Of a DNA stretch of 64,000 bases, positions 8,716-22,857 are shown piece after piece; position 1 is the first letter of the stretch, and the number at the start of each line of letters is the position of its first letter. A model generated the notes under the pieces. It was given only the letters and a program-made list of their open reading frames with translations. It ran no database searches and was not told the DNA's origin. Position numbers and translations under genes: made by a program. This DNA is from Myxococcota bacterium. Lineage in GTDB: Bacteria > Myxococcota_A > UBA9042 > PHBI01 > JAWLBL01. The stretch lies in assembly GCA_041687695.1 (NCBI GenBank), contig JAWLBL010000023.1, positions 51,937 through 115,936 of the forward strand, given 5' to 3'.

Positions 8716-10197
8716 ATGACCGCTCTACCGCTCGCGCTCGCCTGCGGTGTCGTCTTCACCGTGTTCGCCACCCCGGCCGTGCGGGCCCAGGGCTCGCCCG
8801 AGCCCGTGGCCTCGCGCTCGGCGCGCCTCGACGGCGCCGCGCTGGTCGTGGGCGTCGAGCGGCTGCGCGCCCCGGCCCCGCCGGCCCGTCACGCGCGGAC
8901 CGACGCCCAGGTGATGGCCCGGGTGGCCACGCGAACGCTGGGGTTGCCGGAGCCGCGGGTGCGTCTGCTGACCGACGAGCGGGCCGGCGCCCGCGACCTC
9001 GAGGACGGCCTCGCCTGGCTCGCCACCAACGCCAGCCAGGACGGCAGCGTGTGGGTCTACTTCTCCGGCCACGGCGCCGTCCTGGATGACGGCTCGGCCG
9101 CGCTGGTGCCCTGGGACGCCGACCCGCTCGCTCCCGCGCAACGGGCCCTCCCGCTGTCCAAGGTCGTCGACGCGCTGGCCGCGATGCCCGGCCGCGAGAA
9201 GGTCCTGCTGGTCGACGCCTGCTTCACGGCCGGCGGCCCGCGCGCGCTCTTCCCCGAAGGGGCGCGGCCGCTGCTCCCCGTCGCGCCGCTCTCGGCCTAC
9301 GAGCGCGCCGGTGTGGTGGTCCTCGCCGCCTCGGGCCGAGACGGGCTCGCCGGAGCCTCCGCCCGCGGCCCGCACGGCCGCTTCACCTGGCACCTGATGG
9401 TGGGGCTGCGCGGCGCGGCGGACCAGGACGCCGACGGCGTCGTCACCTTCGCCGAGCTGGCCAGCTTCGTGACCCGCGCCGTCTCCGCCGAGGCGCGACT
9501 CGCCGGCCAAACCCAGCGCCCCTGGAGCACCTTGGCGGACCTGGGCGACCGCCCCGTCGTCATCGAACCGGGGCTCGGGGACCGGGTCGAGTCCGCTCAC
9601 GTCGTCGCGCCCGCGCCGCCCCCGACCGTCGCCCTTGGCCCCGAGCCAGCCTCGGTCCTGGCCAGCGAGTCCGCGCCGCCTCCGCAGGCCGTCGCCCTTG
9701 GCCCCGACCCAGACCTCGCCCCCGCACCCGCGTCAGCCGATTGGCAGTGGGGGCTGGAGACCGCCATGGCCTTCCGCGGCGCCGACCCGAACCACGTCGG
9801 TGACGACTCGCTGCTGGGCATCGCCCGCCTGGCCTTTCGCGAAGGCGCGGTCGGCCCGTTCACCTTCTGGCTCGAGGGCGCGCTCGGCGCCGGCAACCTC
9901 GACCGAGACCCGCTCCCCGACGGCGAGCCGCGAGAGGACACCTTCACGTTCTGGCTCCACGCCCTGCAATCGGTGCGCTACCCGCTCTGGACCCGCAGCG
10001 CCCCCTCCGGCTGGCTCCCCGACGACCTCGCCTCGATCGACCTCGGCCTCGGCGGCTTCGCCTCCGGCCCCGACGCCGGCCTCCTCCTCCGCGCCAACGT
10101 CAACCTGCTCTGGCTCACCTTCGGCGCCGCCTACGCCTACGGCGACATCATCGGCGGCAGCTGGACCGCCTCGGGAGGCGTGCGCTTTTCCCTCTGA
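8716..10197 (+). CDS. Secreted caspase-family (peptidase C14) protein with C-terminal beta-barrel-like region
   Basis: Signal peptide; YFSGHG (His) and LVDAC (Cys) dyad; DQDADGVVTFAEL EF-hand-like loop; Pro-rich linker; amphipathic strands ending GVRFSL. Confidence 0.8.
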   Translation: MTALPLALACGVVFTVFATPAVRAQGSPEPVASRSARLDGAALVVGVERLRAPAPPARHARTDAQVMARVATRTLGLPEPRVRLLTDERAGARDLEDGLAWLATNASQDGSVWVYFSGHGAVLDDGSAALVPWDADPLAPAQRALPLSKVVDALAAMPGREKVLLVDACFTAGGPRALFPEGARPLLPVAPLSAYERAGVVVLAASGRDGLAGASARGPHGRFTWHLMVGLRGAADQDADGVVTFAELASFVTRAVSAEARLAGQTQRPWSTLADLGDRPVVIEPGLGDRVESAHVVAPAPPPTVALGPEPASVLASESAPPPQAVALGPDPDLAPAPASADWQWGLETAMAFRGADPNHVGDDSLLGIARLAFREGAVGPFTFWLEGALGAGNLDRDPLPDGEPREDTFTFWLHALQSVRYPLWTRSAPSGWLPDDLASIDLGLGGFASGPDAGLLLRANVNLLWLTFGAAYAYGDIIGGSWTASGGVRFSL

Positions 10198-10260
10198 ACG
10201 ACTCACGCGTTGGGAGCGTGTCAGTCTCGCCGGACAGCGACTCTCGCGCGGACCTGCAGA

Positions 10261-10707
10261 TCAGAGGCTACGGTCGAGGGGGACCTTCCAGCGTTTGGGA
10301 TTCGGGAGGCCTTCCTCGGCCTCCTCGAGGCGCTTCCGCAACTCCTCGGCGCGCCTTCGCGCCTCCTCGACCTGCTCGTGCATCTCCAGGTTCCTGTCCG
10401 CGGTGGCCTCGAGCTGCAGCCGAAGCTGCTCGACGCTTTCGTCATGGTCCAGAGCAGCCTGCACCGACGGCTTCGGCGCCTGGTCGGCCTCAGGACCTGC
10501 GATTTCGGACCCAGCCACGACGTCGTCCACCTGCGCCGGCGCGACGACGGAGTCCAGCTCGGGCTGCGCCGCCGGCCGGGCCGAGGCGGGCGCTTCGGGC
10601 CCGGCCTGCGGACCTCGACTGCACTGCGGTCCGACCAACAGAGCGAGGCAGACGCCTCCCAAGCTGCGACCCACGGCCAACCACCTACGCGCTCTTGTCC
10701 TGGTCAT
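10261..10707 (-). CDS. Hypothetical exported coiled-coil protein
   Basis: 148 aa from ATG 10707; hydrophobic N-terminus; Glu/Arg-rich heptad C-terminus. Confidence 0.5.
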   Translation of the reverse strand: MTRTRARRWLAVGRSLGGVCLALLVGPQCSRGPQAGPEAPASARPAAQPELDSVVAPAQVDDVVAGSEIAGPEADQAPKPSVQAALDHDESVEQLRLQLEATADRNLEMHEQVEEARRRAEELRKRLEEAEEGLPNPKRWKVPLDRSL

Positions 10708-11001
10708 GGCGCCCACCGCCGTCCACGAATCTCGACGACCCGCCAGGGCGGCCCCCCACAGGCGACCAGCCCCACCCGCAGCATCCCGATCCAGAACGTC
10801 CCCAGCTTCATCGCGACTCCTCATCCACCGAACCGGCCCTTTGGACGGCCCGAGCATCAGACCAGGCGGCGAGCATAGGTCCCCATGACGGACGCTGCAA
10901 AGCCGTAGTTGGCTGAGCCGACCCGAGACGGCCACCCGATCCCCGCTCGGGGCCTTCGTCACTGCCCCGCCATTTCACGGCGATGGCGGTCGCTGGCACT
11001 C

Positions 11002-11430
11002 TCACCCCCACGATGACCTGCGATGACGGGCCTTCCTGGCCATCTTCCTGTTCCACCGGCTCCAATAGACGGTGAAGGCGAAGTCCACACCGGCCTCGGC
11101 AATACAGTGTTCGCATCCAGACAAAACTCGCGCCAGATCTGGGATTGCTGATAATCCTGTGTGAAGATCGCCAGGTCGAACGTCACGTGCGCGTCGTTCC
11201 GCTGACCTTCGGCAATTACGGCGCCAGCGCGGTCCAGGACGTCGAGCATGGCCGCGCAATGTTCCGAGAACTCCGAGCTGCTCGAGACCGAAGCCCCGAA
11301 TCCGATATCGACGCGATGCCGCCGAGGATGGGAGTCCTGTACCGCTTCGGCATACCTGGTAGACAACTCAGCGAGAGTCTGCTCGGAGGCCGAGTCGAAG
11401 GTGAAGCGGATGACGGACCGAGCGCGAGTC
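11002..11430 (-). pseudogene. Frameshifted small-protein remnant
   Basis: Protein-like frame VIRFTFDS...VTFDLAIFTQDYQQ...FCLDANT continues in another frame as IAEAGVDFAFTVYW near 11104; lower GC than flanks. Confidence 0.35.
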
Positions 11431-11909
11431 GTTGGTCGTCACGCCTCAGTTCTATGAGGCCACGCCCGGCCATGTCGGCGATTGGCTCGGCCCACTCCGC
11501 CCGCTCGAGCCGCGGCGCTCCATGGTTCACCGACACTACGACCCCGTCGTGGTCGTACGCGAACTCCCGAATGGAGTGCCGAAGCTCGTGCACCCACTCG
11601 AGCAGCCACCACTCGTTGTCCGTCTTGCGCGCCTCCATCCCCATCGTACTCGGGTTGGCCCGGCCGCGCCAGGCGGCGCGTGTACGGTTCGACTTCCCGC
11701 CTCTCCCTGATCGTTCTGATCGTTCCCGCCGCATCTCGCGATGACACCGTGCCGTCGAGCCGTACGCGCGGTGTCGGCGCGAATTCGCGACGCGCTCGTC
11801 CGCCCGCGGGAGGCGGAGGGGCGGCGCAGGGCGACTATGGGGCCGGGGCTTTGACCGGCGGGTGCGAGGGGCTGAAGCTTCGCGGCACACGGGTAGCGCG
11901 AGGTGCGAG

Positions 11910-13058
11910 ATGAGGCTGAACGCCATCGCCGGCATGGGGCTGGGCGGCCTGTGCTCAGGCTTGCTCGTCGTGGCCGGTCCATGGTCCAGCGCCCAGGCGC
12001 GCGACCCGCGCGCGGCGCCCTCGGCAGCGGGGCGAACTGCCCGCGAGCTCTACCTCGCGGCCTGCGCCGCGTGTCACGGGGCCGACGGGACCGGCGCGCC
12101 TCGGGCGCAGGTGGGCTTCTCGACGCCGCTGCCCGACTTCACCGACTGCAGCTTCGCGACGCGCGAGCCCGACTCCGACTGGTTCGCGGTCACACACGAC
12201 GGCGGGCCCGCGCGGGCGTTCTCTCCCTTGATGCCGGCGTTCGGCGAAGCGCTGACGGACGCCGAGATCCAGCAGACCCTCGACTACCTGCGCACGTTCT
12301 GTGACGACGACGGGTGGCCGCGCGGCGAGTTGAACCTGCCCCGGGCGATGTTCACCGAGAAGGCCTATCCGGAAGACGAGGTGGTCGTCACCACGGGCCT
12401 GCGGGTCGACGAGCCGCGGGCGGTCGGCAACGAGCTGCTCTACGAGACCCGGTTCGGGGATCGCTACGCGGTCGAGCTGGTCGTGCCGTTCTCCTTCACG
12501 GACACCGGGCCCGGCGGCGACGGCTGGATCGGCGGCCTCGAGGACGTCGCGATCGGCGTCAAGGCGGCGCTCTTCCATAGCCTCGAGACGGGCGCCATCT
12601 TCGGCCTCAACGGCGAGGTCGTCCTGCCGACCGGCGACGAAGACGAGGGGTTCGGCAGCGGCGTGACCGTCTTCGAGCCGTTCTTGACCTATGGGCAGCT
12701 CCTCCCGCGCGTGGGCTTCCTGCAGCTGCAGGCGGGGCTCGAGCTGCCGGCCGAGCCGGCCCAGAAGGATCGCGAGGCCTTCTGGCGCGGCGCCTATGGG
12801 TACACGTTCACCAGCGGCCGGTTCGGTCGGAGCTGGACCCCGATGCTCGAGGTGCTCGGCGCGAGGGCGCTCGTGGACGCCGCCGAGACCGAGTGGGACC
12901 TCGTGCCGCAGCTCCACGTCAGCTTGAGCACCCGACAACACATCCAGGCCAACCTGGCGGTCCGCGTGCCGATGACCCAGACCGACCAGCGCTCGGTGGA
13001 GGTGCTGCTCTTCGTGCTCTGGGATTGGTTCGACGGCGGACTGACCCAGGGCTGGTGA
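11910..13058 (+). CDS. Monoheme cytochrome c fused to putative outer-membrane beta-barrel
   Basis: Signal peptide; CAACH heme motif with distal MPAF; C-terminal alternating strands ending WDWFDGGLTQGW. Confidence 0.75.
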   Translation: MRLNAIAGMGLGGLCSGLLVVAGPWSSAQARDPRAAPSAAGRTARELYLAACAACHGADGTGAPRAQVGFSTPLPDFTDCSFATREPDSDWFAVTHDGGPARAFSPLMPAFGEALTDAEIQQTLDYLRTFCDDDGWPRGELNLPRAMFTEKAYPEDEVVVTTGLRVDEPRAVGNELLYETRFGDRYAVELVVPFSFTDTGPGGDGWIGGLEDVAIGVKAALFHSLETGAIFGLNGEVVLPTGDEDEGFGSGVTVFEPFLTYGQLLPRVGFLQLQAGLELPAEPAQKDREAFWRGAYGYTFTSGRFGRSWTPMLEVLGARALVDAAETEWDLVPQLHVSLSTRQHIQANLAVRVPMTQTDQRSVEVLLFVLWDWFDGGLTQGW

Positions 13059-13076
13059 ACCGGCGAGGAGGCTCCC

Positions 13077-14702
13077 ATGCGCACCGCGCTCTCGTTGACC
13101 CTCTTGCTCGTCTTCGCGGTCGAGCTCGCCGGCGGGGGCTTGCGGTTCTCGGCTCCCGAGCCGCCCGATCCGCACGTCTTCGTGACCTCGGACCAGTGCA
13201 TGGCCTGCCACAACGGGCTCACGACCCCGGCCGGCGAGGACGTGTCGATCGGCTTCGACTGGCGCGGGTCCATCATGGCCCACTCGTCGCGCGACCCCTA
13301 CTGGCACGCGGCCGTGCGGCGCGAGGTCATCGACCACCCGGCCGCCGCCGAGGAGATCGAGGACGAGTGCTCGGCCTGTCACATGCCGATGGCCAACAAG
13401 ACGGCCCGCCTCGCCGGCGCGCGGGGCGAGGTCTTCGCGCACCTGCCCATCCGCGCGGCCGAGACCCGCGACGCGCTCCTGGCCGCCGACGGGGTCTCCT
13501 GCTCGGTGTGCCATCAGATCCAGCCCTACAACTTCGGGCAGAGAGCCAGCTTCAACGGCCGCTTCATCGTCTCCGACCCCGACGTGGGCGAGGCGCGTCC
13601 GATCTTCGGACCCTACGACGTGCAGCCCGGGCTGGTGACCGTGATGCACTCGGCGACCGGCTTTCAGCCGAGGCCGGCGACGCACATACAACAATCGGAG
13701 CTGTGCGCGACCTGCCACACCCTCTACACCCACACGCTGGGCCCGCGGGGCGAGGTCGTGGCCGAGCTGCCCGAGCAGGTCCCCTACCTCGAGTGGCTGC
13801 ACAGCGATTATCGCGAGACGCGGAGCTGCCAGAGCTGTCACATGCCGGTGGTCCGGGACCCGACGCCCATCAGCAGCGTGCTGGGCGAGCCGCGGCGGGA
13901 GGTGTCGCGGCACACCTTCGTCGGGGCCAACTTCTTCATGTTGGGCATGCTGAACCGCTACCGAGAGGACCTGGGCGTCGAGGCGCTGCCCCAGGAGCTG
14001 GACACGGCGCGCCAGCGGACCATCGAGCACTTGCAGACGCACAGCGCGAGGCTGGCCGTCGAGGCCGGCGTCGTGCGCGACGGGTGGCTCGAAGCCGACG
14101 TCGTGGTGACCAACCTGGCCGGCCACAAGCTGCCGACCGCCTACCCGTCGCGCCGCGCCTGGCTGCACGTCGTGGTGCGCGACGCGTCGGGCGCCGTGCG
14201 CTTCGAATCCGGTCGCTTCGCCCCGAGCGGGGCCATCGTCGGCAACGACAACGACCTCGACCCACGCGCCTTCGAGCCGCATCACCTGGTCATCGACGAC
14301 CCCGCGCAGGTCCAGATCTATGAAGGCATCATGGCCTCGCCGTCCGGCCACGTCACCACGGGGCTGCTGACGGCCAGCCACTTCATCAAGGACAACCGCC
14401 TGTTGCCACACGGCTTCGACAAGGCGACGGCCCCCGCCGACGTCGCGGTGAAGGGGCGGGCCGCCCAGGACCCGGACTTCCTGGCCGGCGGGGACCGGAC
14501 CCGCTATCGGGTCGACGTCCGCGGGGCGTCCGGGCCTTTCCACGTCACCGCCGCGCTCTGGTACCAGCCCATCGCCTACCGCTGGGCCGAGAACCTGCGT
14601 CCCTACGAGGCCCCCGAGACCGACCGCTTCACGCGCTACTTCGACGCCATGGCCGCCGACTCCGCCGTCATCGTCGTCACGACCGAGGCCGCCATCGAGT
14701 AG
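13077..14702 (+). CDS. Pentaheme c-type cytochrome
   Basis: Five CxxCH motifs (CMACH, CSACH, CSVCH, CATCH, CQSCH); GHKLPT motif; signal peptide; GAGGAGG RBS. Confidence 0.9.
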   Translation: MRTALSLTLLLVFAVELAGGGLRFSAPEPPDPHVFVTSDQCMACHNGLTTPAGEDVSIGFDWRGSIMAHSSRDPYWHAAVRREVIDHPAAAEEIEDECSACHMPMANKTARLAGARGEVFAHLPIRAAETRDALLAADGVSCSVCHQIQPYNFGQRASFNGRFIVSDPDVGEARPIFGPYDVQPGLVTVMHSATGFQPRPATHIQQSELCATCHTLYTHTLGPRGEVVAELPEQVPYLEWLHSDYRETRSCQSCHMPVVRDPTPISSVLGEPRREVSRHTFVGANFFMLGMLNRYREDLGVEALPQELDTARQRTIEHLQTHSARLAVEAGVVRDGWLEADVVVTNLAGHKLPTAYPSRRAWLHVVVRDASGAVRFESGRFAPSGAIVGNDNDLDPRAFEPHHLVIDDPAQVQIYEGIMASPSGHVTTGLLTASHFIKDNRLLPHGFDKATAPADVAVKGRAAQDPDFLAGGDRTRYRVDVRGASGPFHVTAALWYQPIAYRWAENLRPYEAPETDRFTRYFDAMAADSAVIVVTTEAAIE

Positions 14703-14745
14703 CGACAAACGGGTCAGGTCGGGGCGGGTCTACGCTCGGGATCAT

Positions 14746-14789
14746 CGTCTTGATGTGGCCGAGCGGGCTACCTACGGTCGTGCAAGACG
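14746..14789 (+). promoter_or_regulatory. Sigma70-like promoter inside an inverted-repeat operator for the AbrB-type gene
   Basis: TTGATG(14750)-17 bp-TACGGT(14773), bracketed by CGTCTTG...CAAGACG. Confidence 0.5.
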
Positions 14790-14798
14790 GAGGCGCGG

Positions 14799-15026
14799 AT
14801 GAGCGAGACGAGCATGTCGACCAAAGGCCAGGTGGTCATCCCGGTGGACATCCGGAGGGCGCTGGGGCTGGATCGGAACACGCGGCTGCGGGTTGAGCGG
14901 GAAGGCGAGCGAATCGTTCTGACGCCCATCCGGTCGACCGATTGGCGCGCACTACGCGGATGCTTGGCGGGAGAGACCGACTTACTGGCCGAGTTGGAGG
15001 CCGACCGCCGCGCGGACCGGGGGTAG
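14799..15026 (+). CDS. AbrB/MazE/SpoVT-family DNA-binding protein (antitoxin-like)
   Basis: 75 aa; STKGQVVIPVDIRRALGL...IVLTP swapped-hairpin signature; GGAGG RBS. Confidence 0.9.
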   Translation: MSETSMSTKGQVVIPVDIRRALGLDRNTRLRVEREGERIVLTPIRSTDWRALRGCLAGETDLLAELEADRRADRG

Positions 15027-15069
15027 GTCTCGAAGGCCCTTCGGGCTGACCTTGGGCGCACATGGTCGT

Positions 15070-15510
15070 TCAGGCCGCCGAGAGTGCGACGTGGAGCGGC
15101 TCGCGACTCTCCTGCGAGAGGTGCTTCAGGTCGCGCTCGATGAGGTCGGGCAGGCGTGCGGACAAACCGGCCTGGGAGGCCATCCAGAGTCGGAGGAGGA
15201 CCTCGGTGTTGTAGTCCATCCCGGTGGGTTCGTCTTCACGTGCCTCCCACTGGGACACGATGGAGTGGCCGGCCTTGTTGAGCACCTCGGCCAACTCGGA
15301 CTGGCGAAGGCGCTTGTACTTGCGGATGAAGCGGACCTCGGCTCCGGTCAAGCGCGCCGGCTTCGTGATGAGCTGCTGGAACACCACGCGCTGGAGGTCC
15401 CGCAGGTTCACGTCCGGGATGCGCTCCCCCCTCACCTCGACCATGGGTGGGTCGATGAGGACAATCGGAAAGCCGAGCTCGAGGTACTCGTAGCAGTTCG
15501 GCGTCGTCAT
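15070..15510 (-). CDS. XRE/HTH antitoxin-like regulator (MqsA/HigA-like)
   Basis: 146 aa from ATG 15510 with AAGGAG RBS; LTGAEVRFIRK...QSELAEVL...VSQWE HTH. Confidence 0.8.
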   Translation of the reverse strand: MTTPNCYEYLELGFPIVLIDPPMVEVRGERIPDVNLRDLQRVVFQQLITKPARLTGAEVRFIRKYKRLRQSELAEVLNKAGHSIVSQWEAREDEPTGMDYNTEVLLRLWMASQAGLSARLPDLIERDLKHLSQESREPLHVALSAA

Positions 15511-15545
15511 CTCGGGCTCCTTGCCGCGTGATGAGCGGATAAACG

Positions 15546-19850
<4,305 letters not shown>

Positions 19851-19906
19851 GATGGGAGCCTAACACGCGCGCGAGGCGACGGGTTCCCGCGCGCGCTCAC
19901 GCGCGC

Positions 19907-20752
19907 TCAGCGGAGCAGAGGGAAGGAGGCGTAGCCGTCGTAGAGCCGGACCCACAGGCGACCGTCCTGGATGCGCATGTCTTCCGGCGACTTCGGCAGC
20001 TTCACCTTCTGGACGACGGCGCCGGTGCGGCGGTCGAGGACGAACAGCGCGCGCGACTCGCGCGTGAAGCCATAGCCGGTGACCAGGTAGTCGCCGTGGA
20101 CCAGGAAGGCCGCGTTGCTGGTGAGGTCCTTGGAGCGCCAGGCGACGCGGTGCGTGCACAGATCGCCCGCAACGACGCGGTTGCCGCGCCCGCCGATCTC
20201 CTTGGCGTAGCCGTTGAACTGGAAGGTGGCGTACACCGCGTCGCCCAGCCGCCAAAGCCCGGTCAGCGCGTTGAACGCCGGGACGTCCTCGGCGGCGAAG
20301 TCGACGTAGCGCGCCGGGTCGGCGGCGTCGGAGACCCGGTAGGCGCAGCGCACGCCCGGCCAGTCGCGTCCCGAGCGCCCCGCGTCCGCGACCTGGGTGA
20401 TCTCGACCACCAGCCCGGTGTTCGAGTCGGCGAACCGCGCTCCTACCTGCGCGCGCTCGCCCGAGGGCGAGTCGCTGCAGCCCGAGAGCGCCGCCGCGAG
20501 CACGTGGTCGGTGGAGGTGATGCCGCCGCGGCCGGTCAGCGTCGGCGCGGGGGCGACCTGGTCGAGGTTGAAGTCGACGATCTTGTCGGCGCCGCGGACG
20601 ATCCGCGGCTTGCCGAGCAGCTTGGGCAAGCGGCCCTCGGGCGCGCGCCAGGTCTCGGCGGGGCAGGGCGCGGCGGGCTCCTGAGCCCAGGCCGGGATCG
20701 TCAGCGCGCAGGCCAGGGCGACGAGGATGGGTCGGATGATGGCTGCGGCCAT
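19907..20752 (-). CDS. Hypothetical secreted protein (beta-rich C-terminus)
   Basis: 281 aa from ATG 20752; signal peptide ending AWA; GGAG RBS. Confidence 0.65.
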   Translation of the reverse strand: MAAAIIRPILVALACALTIPAWAQEPAAPCPAETWRAPEGRLPKLLGKPRIVRGADKIVDFNLDQVAPAPTLTGRGGITSTDHVLAAALSGCSDSPSGERAQVGARFADSNTGLVVEITQVADAGRSGRDWPGVRCAYRVSDAADPARYVDFAAEDVPAFNALTGLWRLGDAVYATFQFNGYAKEIGGRGNRVVAGDLCTHRVAWRSKDLTSNAAFLVHGDYLVTGYGFTRESRALFVLDRRTGAVVQKVKLPKSPEDMRIQDGRLWVRLYDGYASFPLLR

Positions 20753-20941
20753 GTGGGGTCTCCGGGGCAGGCGGGGGCCGCGGCGGTCGGCGTCGCAGCC
20801 CGGCGAGGATGGCGCGACGCGGTCGAGCTGGCAATCGGAACATGCCGCTTGACTCCACGCCCGGGCCGGTGGCACATAGGCCACCGCTCCGGACACAGGT
20901 GCCGGTGGCGCTCGAACCGAACCCGAAGGAGGACCCCAGCC

Positions 20942-21085
20942 ATGAAGCAGAGCAGCACCAGCCAGCCGCGCTCGACCGGGGTCTTCTGCGTCCGCGCGAT
21001 CGTCCGGGCCTTCTGTGTCCGCACGATGGTCCGTCGACCTCGCCCGGACGCCGTACCTCCTCGCCGGAACGTAGCCGCCGCCTGA
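20942..21085 (+). CDS. 47-aa small ORF, putative leader peptide upstream of MATE
   Basis: AAGGAGG RBS ending 9 nt before ATG; MKQSSTSQPRSTGVFCVRAIVRAFCVRTMVRRPRPDAVPPRRNVAAA. Confidence 0.55.
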   Translation: MKQSSTSQPRSTGVFCVRAIVRAFCVRTMVRRPRPDAVPPRRNVAAA

Positions 21086-21307
21086 CCGACGGGCCGCAGC
21101 CGCGCTCGTGAACCGCGCCCCGGCGACGCCGGGCAGCGCCGCGTGGCGCCCTGGGCCGACGCTCCCCTGCCGGGGGACGGCGTCGCCTGTGGGGCCCGTC
21201 GCGGGCTGACCCGACGCCGGTGCGCGTGACGCGCGCGGTCTGACGTCCTCCCGTCTCTCCGTCACCAATGTGCCACTCGCCCGGTTCGCGGGCGTCATGG
21301 GATCGTC

Positions 21308-22684
21308 ATGTCTGCTGCAATGCAACATGCGCCGGAAGCCCCGGCGCACATCGGCCGGCGCCAGGTCTTCACCCTGGCCTGGCCCATCGTCGTCTCGATG
21401 CTGTTCTACACGGCGATGACCATCGTCGATGTCATCGTCGTGGGCCAGCTGGGTACTTCGTCCTTGGCCGCCATCGGCCTCGCCACCACCATCTGCTTCG
21501 GCCTGCACGCGCTGGGCAACGGCCTGCTCGAGGGGCTCAAGGTCGCCGTCGCCCAGGCGACCGGCGCCCGGCGCACCCAGGACGCCGACCGGCTGGCCAT
21601 CCAGGGGCTGTGGCTGGCCCTCGGCATGGGCCTGGCGGTCGCCGCCGTCGCGCCCCTGTCGCGGTCCATCTTCGGCTGGACGGGCGCCTCGGACGCGGTG
21701 GCCGACGAGGCCGCGGCGTACCTGGTCATCCGGGCGCTGGGGGCGCCGCTGACCTTCGCCACGCTGGCGCTGAGCAGCTGGTTCCAGGGCCGCGGCGACA
21801 CGCGTACGCCGATGATCGCCAACATCGGCGCGAACCTGGCCAACATCGGCCTGGATCTCGTGCTGGTCTTCGGCTGGGGCCCCATCCCGGCGATGGGCAT
21901 CGCGGGCGCGGCCATCGCGACGCAGGTCGGCTTCGCGGGCGCGGTGGTGTTTCTGGTCTGGCGCGCCCGGCGGCTGCTGGTCGGGGTCCCGCGCGGCTTC
22001 GACCGGCGGCTGGTCGGCGAGATCCGGCGGGTCGGCGGCCCCATCGGCCTGCGCTACCTGTTCGATGTCCTCAGCTTCACCATCTTCGCCTCGATCCTGG
22101 CCGGCGTGGGCGACGCCGATCTTGCAGCGCACACGGTCATCATCCGCATCGTGTGTGTCAGCTTCCTGCCCGGCTTCGGCATCGCGCAGGCGGCGTCCAT
22201 CCTGGTCGGGCAGTCGGTGGGCGCCGGGCGTCCCGAGGGCGCCTACGCGGCCCACCGGGCGGGGACCGAGCTGGCCGTCGCCTTCATGGTGGCCTGCGGG
22301 CTGGTGTTCGTGGCCGTCCCCGAGCAGCTCATCGCCATCTTCGGCGCCGAGCCGGCGGTGGTCGAGGTGGCGCGGCACCTGCTGCTCATCGCGGCCGGGT
22401 TCCAGCTGTTCGACGCCCTGGCCACGGTCGCGCAGTCGGCGCTGAACGGGGCGGGCGACACGCGCTTCGTCATGCGCTGGAGCGTGATGATGGCCTGGGC
22501 GGTGAAGCTGCCGGTCGGCTGGGCGCTGGCGGTGCCGGCCGGGCTGGGGGCGCCCGGCGCGTGGCTGGGGCTGACGGCCGAGATCGTGCTGGTCGGGGGC
22601 GTGTACCTGTGGCGCATCCGCAGCGGGCGTTGGCTGGGCGTCGCGCCCGCCCCGGCGCCCGAGGTGCGGCAGGCGCTGGCCTGA
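21308..22684 (+). CDS. MATE family efflux transporter
   Basis: 458 aa; LAWPIVV...D...VGQLG, GRGDTRTPM, NIGLD, MGIAGAAIAT, VGQSVGAG, GAGDTRF; about 12 hydrophobic segments. Confidence 0.95.
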   Translation: MSAAMQHAPEAPAHIGRRQVFTLAWPIVVSMLFYTAMTIVDVIVVGQLGTSSLAAIGLATTICFGLHALGNGLLEGLKVAVAQATGARRTQDADRLAIQGLWLALGMGLAVAAVAPLSRSIFGWTGASDAVADEAAAYLVIRALGAPLTFATLALSSWFQGRGDTRTPMIANIGANLANIGLDLVLVFGWGPIPAMGIAGAAIATQVGFAGAVVFLVWRARRLLVGVPRGFDRRLVGEIRRVGGPIGLRYLFDVLSFTIFASILAGVGDADLAAHTVIIRIVCVSFLPGFGIAQAASILVGQSVGAGRPEGAYAAHRAGTELAVAFMVACGLVFVAVPEQLIAIFGAEPAVVEVARHLLLIAAGFQLFDALATVAQSALNGAGDTRFVMRWSVMMAWAVKLPVGWALAVPAGLGAPGAWLGLTAEIVLVGGVYLWRIRSGRWLGVAPAPAPEVRQALA

Positions 22685-22857
22685 CCGGAACGAGGTCCCG
22701 AGGGTGTCCAGAAACGGGACGCTCGCCGCCGGCTGTGACGCGCTGCGTGTACCAAAATGGTGCGCCCGGGCGACTCGGCCTCGATCTCACGCTGGTCCCC
22801 GCGCTGGCACGAGCGCTGCAAGGAGGCAGGGCGCGCGTCGGCGCGGGGAGGTGGGAG

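Noticed and set aside
3830..8719. 1629-aa plus-strand ORF
   Set aside because: Antisense shadow of real minus-strand genes; stop-poor GC-rich frame with no motifs
20760..21300. tmRNA, suggested by the ORF ending NVAAA-stop
   Set aside because: No tRNA-like acceptor/T-arm ends seen, and the ORF has its own SD and ATG
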